From Tubulanus polymorphus (Eukaryota; Animalia; Nemertea), in the NCBI RefSeq assembly GCF_964204645.1, contig NC_134029.1, positions 14,314,850 through 14,378,849 on the forward strand: a stretch of 64,000 nucleotides of DNA, in the 5' to 3' direction. Positions 12,603-23,101 of this stretch are shown in pieces. The stretch's first letter is position 1. Each line of letters opens with the position of its first letter. Made by a program: the position numbers and the translations under genes. Under the pieces are notes generated by a model. The model saw only the letters and a program-made list of their open reading frames with translations, made no database searches and was not told the DNA's origin.

Positions 12603-13927
12603 ATGGCAGATAGTTTTCCAAAAGCCTTCCAATATAATAAATCAATTAAATATAATATTCCTGCAATAGATTTTAATAAAGATATAACATATAGAAATGA
12701 AGTTTTAAATTCATTAATTGATTTATATATTTATGTTACTGAAAGTAATAATTTTCATGTAAAGATGGAAAATATATTTCATGTATATACAATTAATTTC
12801 AAAAATTTAAATGAGGCAAAACAATGGTTATTAAAATCTAATATGAAGTATTGGCAGAACCAATTGAATTTTGCTGTTTATTGCGCAACAACAGGATGTG
12901 GAATTAGTTGGAATGATCATTGAACAAACCAAGTTTACCATTGATGTTATCACTTTTTAGATTTCATACATATTTTCAAATAAGATTAATATTAGATGAA
13001 TTAGAATGTCCTTTACCAGGTTCAGAATATTTTAAAGAATTGAATAATAATATTAATTTTTCTAAGTTTTATAAAATATGTAATGAATTTAATATTAATT
13101 CAAATAAAGATTTTAGAGCAAAAATTGGAACAATGGGTGGATTAGGAATATTATATACTAAAGAATTTGGAAAAATAATGACAAATTCAGATATAAGAAC
13201 ACTAAATTGGAATGAATTACCAAAATATTATAATAATATACAACAACAAAACAATAATGGTTGGGTTAATTTCATTTTAGAAAATAGTGAAGGTTTTACT
13301 AAAGCTGGTATACAAAGAATAAATCAATCTATTAGAACTTATTTGATATGTATTTTAGGTGCGCAAGTTGAAACAAGATCACCAATAATTGGAAATGATA
13401 ACACTTCATTCGATGCGCAGAAACAATTCAAAGTATTATTTGAAGATTCAATTCATAATGATAAAAATAGATCGATTCCGGAAAACATTGTAAGATATCA
13501 AAATTATTTAGATAAATCACATGTAAGACTAAATTATTGTATAGGCCCCAATCTATTAATTATTTCTAATGATTTAGTATTAAAGATGGGAAACATAATT
13601 GGTTATAATAATCTAATTAAAACTGCAACAATAAATAATTCATTTGGATTAAATGATATAAATAAAAAGATTATTACTGCTCCAAAATTAATGGAAGGTG
13701 AAAAAAATAAAAAACATATTCAATCAACAGAAACTAAAACTAAGAATGTTAAATTAAATAATGATTCTAAAATAAAAGATTACAATACATCAGAAAATAT
13801 AAAAACTGATAATATTCAACATGATATAATTAAACTGAATGATGATAATAAATCCCATGAAAATACTAAATTAGCTATAACTTGTATAGGAATTGTAATC
13901 GGAGGAATATTATATTTTAAATTTTAA
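12603..13927 (+). pseudogene. Conserved Polinton protein (WQNQLNFAVYCATTGCGIS motif, C-terminal TM), frameshifted
   Basis: The two ORFs together match intact 35729..37117. Confidence 0.8.
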
Positions 13928-13942
13928 TTTTTTATTATATAA

Positions 13943-15625
13943 ATGGAAGAAGATATTCCAATGGATACTTTTGGTGACGCCCCCGGTATAAGTGATGAAC
14001 CACAACCTGATTTTAATGAAACTAATATTGATAATGATGATGAATCAGCATATAATACTAATTTAGGTGAAGATGATTCTAGTGGGCCTATATTATATGA
14101 TTATGATGAATTTAAATATGATACTGTAACAAGTGAAATGTTAATAGATTATTTAGAATCCCTCGATAAGATAATAATTAAAACTAGGCCAGATAGAAAA
14201 GATTTAATTAATAGATTAGAAAGAACAGAAAACCCTGAATTGAAAAAACAATTATTATACATAAAACATAGTGTAACAAATACAGTTATTGAAGAATTAT
14301 TATAAAAAAATGTAACATATAACATTGAACCAGAAGATATTTCAGAACAAATTAGAAAAGATGATCCACATTTCATGAATAATTTAGAATTTAAAAATGA
14401 TTCATGGTTTTATAAAGTTGAATTAAATAACGAAACTGTATCAATTCAATTATCTAAAATGGGACAAGAAGATCTGAACCATCCTGAAATGCGAGCAGGA
14501 TCTTCAATTGAACGTTCAAAAGGTGGTAGAGAATTTCTCAGAATTATATGGAATGCAATCGATAGAATAAATGAAGAAGAACCAATTCCTAATATTGATA
14601 TAAATAAATAATCGCCATTTAAAAATCCAAATTTAAATCCTCCTGATGTTGATCCAGAAATGGAATAGTATGGAGATCGATTAGATAAATTAAGATCTTC
14701 AACGCCCGAAACATCGAGAAGAGATATTCAACAAATTGATAATGATTCAAGTCAATTACAATTAGTATTAGAAGAACAAATTGATAGATTAAGTGATACA
14801 GAAGAACTGATGAATAGTATGTTAGATACATCCGGTACTGAAACTGGAATAAATCGAATGCAATCTTTACTAGAAAAAGGATTATTTGATTTAACTGATG
14901 ATGAATTAGAAGCATTTCCTGAACAAACACGTAGAGAAATTAAAGGTATGCAAGAATCAGCTGATAAAATTGCGCATGAAAAAAGTAAAAGAGATATTAA
15001 AATTAGAACTTTAGAAAAAGAATTGACTGATAAAAATAAAGAAATAGAACAACTAAAATTAGATAGAGATAATAAAGTTATTGAAGAAATCGAATTTAAA
15101 AAAAGAAATGCGTATTTAGAAAAAGATGATTTAGAATATAACATAGAATTACAAAAAGAAGAAATTGAATTATTATTAAAATCATATGATTATAATATTA
15201 ATAGATTAAAAGTTATTTTTAAAGATTTGTTGATTAAACCAGATTCTAAAATATCATTGAAAGATAGAATAAAATTATTATTTAAGTTTGAAGGAATCAC
15301 AATTCTTTCAATTCTAACAGCTGTAACTATGGTATTTACAACAATAGGTTTAGCTATATCAAAATCACTGAAATCTACTCCTACTCCAAATAAACCAGAT
15401 AAACCCCCGAATGATAATAATTCTATACAAGATAAAGTTAAAGATGGTTTAAAGAAATTAGCAAAATATTTATGGGAACTATCAAAGAAATCTGCTGCAG
15501 CATTGCCAGGAATTATTGCATCAATTGTTGGTTTCATATTGAAATCTGCAGGAAACATTATTAACTTTGCTGCTGAACATATTTTATTTTTAATTACAGT
15601 TGTAAGTGCAATTATTTTGGGTTAG
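13943..15625 (+). pseudogene. Acidic/coiled-coil viral protein with C-terminal hydrophobic helices, several stops
   Basis: Matches 34006..35712 and 55213..56337 (EGITILSILTAV..K.AAALPG.I..IV.F). Confidence 0.8.
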
Positions 15626-15694
15626 TAAACATGATATCAAAAAATATCAAATAACCATGATAAAAAATGAATAATTAATTTTTTTGTTAAATAA

Positions 15695-16776
15695 ATGAGT
15701 GGGAGTTATATCAATCCTTCTAAGAATCATAGAATATCTAATGCTATTAAAGCAGAAAGATCACATCATATAATTACTCATAACTCTTCTAATATTAATC
15801 CCGATGAAACTTTATATGTTAGGATTCCTCGATTAACACAAAATACTTTTTATGTTCCAAATAGTATTTATTCATCAGCCGATATAAAAGTAATCGGTAA
15901 TAATAATAATCATGTTGTTGATAATGTTGGGAGATATTTGATTAGAAAATTAACTATAAAGATTGGTCCAGAAACAGTTTTCTCATTAGATGATTATAAT
16001 TTATTTATGCATTATAAAGATTTATGGTTAACTAAAGAAAATAGAAATAATATGATATTTCAAGGAATCCAATCAGAAAACCAAAATAAATTAAGATCAG
16101 AAGCTAATAGCGCAATATTAACTAATGCTGTAGATAAATTGATAAAAAGTATATATGGAAGCAAATATAAAATTCCATTAGACTTTGAATTGATAAATAA
16201 TAATGGACCTTTATATAAATATGTAATTCAAGAAGATATTATATTTGAGATAACATTTGCTCCTGTAAATGAAATTGTAATATCTAGCGTTAATAAAGAT
16301 ATGAGTTATAAATTATCGAATATATGTTTAGAATATGATACAGTAACTGATGAAAATATTGCAAGCATAATTCAAACTCAATACAATCAAGGATTTTCAT
16401 TATTATATGATTATATTGATAAATTTAAAACTGTAACTATTTCAAATGATGAAATGATTAATGAGAATATTAACTTCCCAAGAAGATCTATTAAAGGTAT
16501 ATTAATATTTTTTACCATCGCAACATATACTAATGGCGCAATAAATGTTGATAATTATTATAATCCTGAAATAACAAAAGTAGAAATAACTATCGAAGGA
16601 ATAGCAAATAAAATATTTTGTCAAGGAATGAGAATGATAGATCAGTGGCCAGAAATTAGAAAACATTTTATGAATGAAAAAGTGAAATCATCTGAAAATT
16701 GTAACATTAATCAAATTGATTATTATACCGGTAATAAATATGCATTATGGTTAGATTTTAGAACAACAGAGGATAA
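15695..16776 (+). pseudogene. Major capsid protein (double jelly roll), C-terminally truncated and fused in frame to an HNH gene
   Basis: Near-identical to 32738..33985 up to WLDFRTTEDN; the last ~53 aa are missing. Confidence 0.85.
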
Positions 16777-16789
16777 TAACACAAATAAC

Positions 16790-17401
16790 ACTGGTGTCAT
16801 AAACATATACTACAAGAAGTGTTCTAAGTGTGAATTAGATAAATTAGCTTTAACAGAATTTAGTAAGCGTAAGATTAGCAAAGATGGTTTTCAATATTGC
16901 TGCAAAACTTGCACTAAACTATATACCAAACAATATCGAGAAGATAATATAGAACATTATAATTATTATATGGCAGAATATATGAGAGAAAGATATCAAA
17001 CAGATCTTAATTTTAGATTAAAACAATGTTTACGGTCTACATTAACACAATTATTCAACAAAGAAACACATTCAGAAACACTATCTAATTTATTGGGTTG
17101 TTCAGATGAATTTTTCATATCATGGATAATATATCAATTCGATGATAAAATGAATATAGATAATTATGGTGAATACTTTCATATTGATCATGTGTTGCCG
17201 ATTTCTAAATTTAACATGAATGATGAATACAATAAAAAACTTATTTGGAGTTGGAAAAATTTAAGACCTTTAGAAAAGAAGAAAAACATAATTAAATCTA
17301 ATAAACTAGATTTACAGTTATATTTAGATCAACTGGATAAAGCAAAGACATTTGTTGAATTATGGAATTCAACACATAATGAAAAATACGTTGAAGCTTA
17401 A
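16790..17401 (+). CDS. Zinc-ribbon + HNH-type endonuclease (3' part of the 568 aa fusion ORF)
   Basis: KKCSKC..DG.Q..CKTC and FHIDHVLPIS..WKNLRPL..N..KSNK; paralog of 27545..28225. Confidence 0.8.
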   Translation, partial: TGVINIYYKKCSKCELDKLALTEFSKRKISKDGFQYCCKTCTKLYTKQYREDNIEHYNYYMAEYMRERYQTDLNFRLKQCLRSTLTQLFNKETHSETLSNLLGCSDEFFISWIIYQFDDKMNIDNYGEYFHIDHVLPISKFNMNDEYNKKLIWSWKNLRPLEKKKNIIKSNKLDLQLYLDQLDKAKTFVELWNSTHNEKYVEA

Positions 17402-17967
17402 GCGCTTAGAAAACCGGTTACTCTCGATCTATGTCAAACCGCCTGTATGTAATTGTATTAGGTTGTTTACAAAAGCATCTGTCGCACGTTATATTCAGTT
17501 GAATAGGGTGTATCTCATTTGAATATTGATCGAATGTGCTATTTCAGTTGAAAAGGATTAATCAATTATATTACAAAGGAAGGAACATATGTTGCTCAGA
17601 CAGTGTTTAGCTAGTGAATAACTGACAGTTATGAGCGCGCAGCACATAAGCATAGGAACGTATAGGATATTCTCTCTATAAACACAATTTTAGGAGTTTA
17701 CAGTTATAAATGTAAGTACTGTTTTTGTTGTTATTAAGGCGTTGGAAAACGTTAAACATGTAAAACTTATCCTGGTAAGATGCGCCACAAATGGTCATGT
17801 TTAAGTGCTGTAATTAATATTTTACAACTACAACTTCAAGTTAGTTTTATTCTACGTTAGATATTTATCTTTTAGATAACAAAATGAAGGCCATTGAATC
17901 AAGAAAGTGAAGATAGATGGATGTGGAATCAGAAATAATGGATATTTCAACTCATGAGACATGTAGC

Positions 17968-18274
17968 AGTTTAGCCATACTGTATAGGCTTCCAATGCAT
18001 TACGTTTGTCGGAATGTCAATTGCGTCATTAAGCTGTTGTTAATGACACACAGTGACAGATGTTGTATTGTACTTTATTGATTCCTGCATTCCACGCATA
18101 ACTTGCCGGGCCTCAAACGCCCGGTGAGGAATGTGGAAATCGATAATGATTGCAGAATAAAATATATGTGTTTATGAAATAGTAATTCCACCAGTCGTTT
18201 CTTTGAATTTATTTTCAGTTTTAGGATTTATTATCAAGAATCCGAAATGACTTATCCGGACAGTTATAATTACT
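17968..18274 (+). repeat. ~300 bp dispersed repeat, second copy at 21996-22289
   Basis: Colinear shared blocks gccatactgtatag, tgcattacgtttg, gtgtttatgaaatagtaattc, gaatccgaaatgacttatc.ggacagttata. Confidence 0.85.
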
Positions 18275-18553
18275 GCTCCCATAGATAAACAATAGTAGTG
18301 AGATAATCTAAATCCTAATTTAAATAAAATATAATAAAAAAACAATAACTTCAACTAGCTAGTGAATTCTATTATATTTTTAATACTTTCTTTTCAAAAG
18401 AGAATACTTTATATTTTGAATAGGTTCAAATAGAAATTCTTTAAGTTCAAATAGCTAGTATCAGTAGTCAATACTAGAATTCTTTAACTTTAACTATCTA
18501 GTATCATTTTATAATACTTATAATATTTTTCTTATTAAATTTCTCTAATATAA

Positions 18554-19156
18554 ATGTCAAAGAAATCGAGTAAGAATAGTATTGATATTGAAAAAACATT
18601 AGATGATTTGGGTATTAGTGATAATAAAGATACAGTTGTTTTTAATTCTATTCAAGTTAATAACAATATTGATTATGAATACTACTTATATTGTAAACAC
18701 CATCTAGAATTATTAATTGCTAGTGGTAAATGTAATCAGTTTATCGGGAAAATTTTAACTTATCAAGAACTAGATGCTATGAAACCCGATAAAGTAATAA
18801 AATATTTTAGGATTTATGAAGAAGCTAGATTAGCCCGAATAAATGATTCTATTTCAGATGGTATTATAAAATGTTATTCTAAGTTATGTAACCGGCTAAT
18901 GTCAATTGATGATGAAAATAAATTATATAGTGATTTGAAAACTGACTACTTAGTTATGACTGAATTACAAAAATGGGTTGGTTATGCTTCATTCCAATTA
19001 GGATCGGTTATGACATTAATTTCTACTGGCGTCATAACATTTTCGAATATCAAACCTATAGAATGTAAATCAGGTAAGAACGAAACAGATGTACTACAAC
19101 CAAACGTCGAAACAGAAAATGAATCAGAACAAAAATTAACTAAAATAAATGAGTGA
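18554..19156 (+). CDS. Conserved viral hypothetical protein (200 aa)
   Basis: Ortholog at 28475..29059; distant homolog at 57892..58381. Confidence 0.75.
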   Translation: MSKKSSKNSIDIEKTLDDLGISDNKDTVVFNSIQVNNNIDYEYYLYCKHHLELLIASGKCNQFIGKILTYQELDAMKPDKVIKYFRIYEEARLARINDSISDGIIKCYSKLCNRLMSIDDENKLYSDLKTDYLVMTELQKWVGYASFQLGSVMTLISTGVITFSNIKPIECKSGKNETDVLQPNVETENESEQKLTKINE

Positions 19157-19463
19157 TGGAGTTAAGAAAAAGGCTAGATCCGAGAAACAAATTAAATGGG
19201 CAAGAGAATTAGGTAAAAGATCTTCAGAAATAAAAAAAGCTAAGAAAAAGAAATTAACTGATATAAATGAATCACAGACTTTATCTGATATTGATTCAAA
19301 TAATAATCCATCTAATTCTTCTATTATATTATCTGGTGTAATATATAAATCAAAATTCAAATCTGATGATAAAGATGATTCCAATGATGATAAACCAGAA
19401 AATAAGTCAAATCATAAAGTCATTGAAACTAAATCTAAATTATTATTAATGGATCAAAAGAAG
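19149..19463 (+). CDS. Basic protein (KQIKWARELGK motif); stop lost, so it reads into the integrase
   Basis: Ortholog 29052..29438 has TAA where this copy has CAA; an internal deletion shortens the hydrophobic segment. Confidence 0.65.
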
Positions 19464-20591
19464 ATGAAAAAAGAACAATATTTAAGAGAGTTATATTATA
19501 ACCCAGAAAGTGAAGTATCATATTCTAACGTTTCAGAATTATGGGATAAAATTAAATCTGATAATGAAAATGGTAATGGTGCCGTACGGCACCCACACGG
19601 TGATATAAAATATAGTGAATTAAAATCATGGTTACAAAATCAACCAACATATCAAATTCATAAGAAAATGGATAAAACTTATTTAACAAGAAAAGTTATG
19701 GTTTCATATATCGATCAACAATGGCAAGCAGATTTAATTGACATGAAGAACTTAGAGGAATACAACAAAGGATATTTCTGGATACTGAATGTTATAGACA
19801 TATTCAGTAGATACGCATGGAGTATACCAATCAAAAATAAAACTGGAATAGAACTTACAAATGCTTTTAAATCTATATTTAAAGAAGCTATTCCAGATAA
19901 GTTACAATTTGATGAAGGTAAGGAATTTTATAACAAACATTTTTAAAAACTGATCAAACTTATCTGATAACGATGTAGATTATTTTTCAACACATTCAGA
20001 TGAAAAAAGCATCTATTATAGAAAGATTTAATAAAACATTGAAAACTAGAATGTGGAAATATTTTACTGCTAATGAAACATATAAATATATCGATGTATT
20101 AGATGATTTAGTGAAAAGTTATAATAATTCTAAACATAGTTCTATAAATATGAAACCTATACAAGCTAGAAAAGAAGATAATTCGGAAATAGTTTGGAAT
20201 AATTTATATGGAGCATTTGTCACACATGATTTCGGTGAACCTAAATTTAAAATAGGACAACACGTTAGAATATCTAAATATAGAAAAACATTTTATAAAG
20301 GTTATACCCCTAATTTTACAGAAGAAATATTCAAGATTAGAAAGATAATATTAACTAAACCATTTGTTTATAAATTAGAAGATTTAAAAGATGAAGAAAT
20401 ATTAGGTTATTTCTATGAACAAGAATTATCACTTGTACCAAATCCAGATGAAATAGAATACAAAATAGAAAAAGTATTGAAAACAAAAACTCTTAAAGGA
20501 AAAAAAGTATTCTTTGGTGAAATATAAAGGATATGATGATAAATTTAATGAATGGATTTTATCTAGTAAAATTAAAAGAATAAATGAATAA
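19464..20591 (+). pseudogene. Retroviral-like DDE integrase with C-terminal chromodomain, frameshifted
   Basis: WQADLIDM, IDIFSRYAW, QFDEGKEF, IERFNKTLK; matches intact 29445..30530. Confidence 0.93.
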
Positions 20592-21194
20592 AGATTTATT
20601 TATATTTGAACCGCATAATATGTTAGTTACTGGAGTAACCAATTGTGGTAAAACACATTTCATATTAGATTTGTTAGAAACTATTCATAAGAATCATTTT
20701 GATAATGTAATATTATTCTGTCCTACTTATGAAATGAATAAAACATATAATAGAGATATTTATAAGTTAAAAAAGTTTATTATATTAGATCCTAAAACAG
20801 TAAAAGAAAATTTAGATAATTGTATTAAAATAGCGATTGATACTTATAAAGGATCAAATACATTATTCATTATAGATGATTGCGCTAATTTACATGATTC
20901 AAAAGTGAGAGAAAGTGAGTTATGTTATTTAGCTTTCTCTGGGAGACATTTTGGGATAACAACATGGGTTTTAAATCAAAAATATAATTCAATTGTTAAA
21001 GACAAAGGGAGAATATAAGATTTCTAGTTTTATTCTACAATAAAGATAGAAAATCTATGCAACAATCATTGGAAGAAAATCATATTATACCTACTGAATT
21101 ACATGATGAATATATGAATAAATTAAAAAGTAATAAAGGTTCAAAATTATTACTGAGATTACAATTTCCATATGAATATAAATTTATAAAATAA
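20584..21194 (+). pseudogene. A32/FtsK-like genome packaging ATPase, frameshift near 21005
   Basis: Walker A GVTNCGKT, Walker B LFIIDD, SGRHFG; matches 30523..31134. Confidence 0.92.
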
Positions 21195-21225
21195 CTATTT
21201 ATATATCTATTCTATAAGAGCTTAC

Positions 21226-21633
21226 ACTTTTATATTGAATAATCTGTCAATTTAAATGTTATTCATGTACATGATTATTTTAAGAGTAATAGGGGTAATG
21301 GGCTTTCAGGTTAAAGGTTGAATGGTCGAGTTCATTAAAAACAAATATTAAAAGTAATTTAAAACTGTAATATATTTTCATAACCGTGTGTATTTCAGTT
21401 GAATAATAGAATAATTATTATTATTAAAATATATTTGATTATATGAATTTGTGTATTGTAAATAAATCAATTGGTCGCGGAGCGGAGCGGTAGCGAAGTG
21501 GAGCGACCAATTGATTTAATACAATATGCTTTTTAAATTATTGATATCTTAGAATAAATATTTAGTTGTTTTTTTTTAATGAGCTCGTTCGACCGTTCGA
21601 CCTTTGGCTTGAAAGCCCATTACCCCTATTACT
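21226..21633. repeat. Mav1 right TIR; fold-back palindrome 21285-21633 with ~60 bp deleted from the outer arm
   Basis: Reverse complement of the left TIR except for the deletion near 21567 and a 4 bp duplication near 21588. Confidence 0.95.
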
Positions 21634-23101
21634 GCAGTTTCATCGTCTTCCCCCTCCCCCAACCCTCTGGCATTATTTTTCATTTTTCCAAGTTTTATCT
21701 AAGAATTGATATGCTTTGGGCCCAAAGTACAATTTCAATATGAAAAAAATTGATCAAAGTTACTTTCCAGTTCCATGGGATTGACTACAATTAATTGTCT
21801 CTGTGTTCCTAGTCACAAACAATATATTGAGCGTATTTCGTTATACACTCAAAATACACAATACATGCACAATACACAATATCAATATACACGAGGTTGT
21901 TTTCGAATCGAAATGATTTGTTAGTATAAAACATTAAATCAAGCTGTGACGAAGCGTCCGTCTATTAGATTTCATCTATAACATATTAAGCGCACAGTTT
22001 TGCCATACTGTATAGACTTTCAATGCATTACGTTTGCCGGAATTATAGTTGCGCGTACATTAGTCATTCAGTCGTTGTTATTGGTTACAGTAACAGCTAT
22101 GCATTCCGCGCATACCTTACCGCTCCTCTCAGGAGCGGCTTGGAATGTTGAAATCGATACTGACTGTAGAATAAAATACATGTGTTTATGAAATAGTAAT
22201 TCACCCGGCGTTTTCGTTAAATTGATTTTCAGTTTGAGGAATTTAATATCGAGAATCCGAAATGACTTATCTGGACAGTTATAGTTACTAAAAATATTTG
22301 TTAAGTACCAAAGCGCATATTTAGTTAGATTTTCTATTAGATTTGTACGCAAATCGGGTAAGTTCGAATCTCAGCGAAGGTCGTGTTTTATTTTTACGTT
22401 TTGCCATATAATAAATGCCATTTGGAATGCAATTGTGTATCTTTTTATTCTTAATTCATGACATGAATGTATGCAACTCATGTTAATTGACGAAACTTAC
22501 AACGCGGTGTAAAAAGATGGCAGCACCATACAGCTTGCCGTGTGCAGACGTCCGAACTTGCGGGAGTTTCGATTTCGCATTTTGACAGCTGTCAACGCTC
22601 ATGCCACATCTAGCAAGAGTTGGTGAAAAATCCTAATACAGCGAAGAACTGCGATATTCAGAAGAGAAAACAACGTTGAGAAAACGACAAGATTCAGTTA
22701 TTGTAGAATTTTATTATCATTTTGATAAGTAAGCACTTTTTCATTCAATCATTGAAAAATCATTTGTACAGAAATTCAATAATTCTATTCAGTTCTATTA
22801 CTATTACATGTAGTAGGCTTTCTAATTCATAAGTTTTCTTTGTGAAATTCGAATCAGCCAAGTATCAAGCCCAAGGGCAACGAAGCCTAAATCATTTTAA
22901 AGAATTTTCTTTGAAATAGCAAGTATGGTTGTACAACTGATAGCTCGAGACCATCCCTATGCACTTGCATTATTGGGTAAACCAACCTCTAAAAAAACCT
23001 AACGATACAGCACTTTTCAATCATCATACTTATGCATCGGCATTAACCAAACCAAAGCCTAAAGTGCATGAAAAAATATATCGCAGACATCTGCAGATAT
23101 A

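Larger units (their letters stand above)
4786..21633 (+). mobile_element. Mav1: Maverick/Polinton (adintovirus-like) endogenous element, ~16.8 kb, decayed
   Basis: AGTAAT...ATTACT termini and ~410-460 bp TIRs. Flanking duplication gcagt (4781-4785 / 21634-21638), or tgcagt if the last T is shared. Encodes pPolB, major and minor capsid, integrase and packaging ATPase. Confidence 0.95.
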
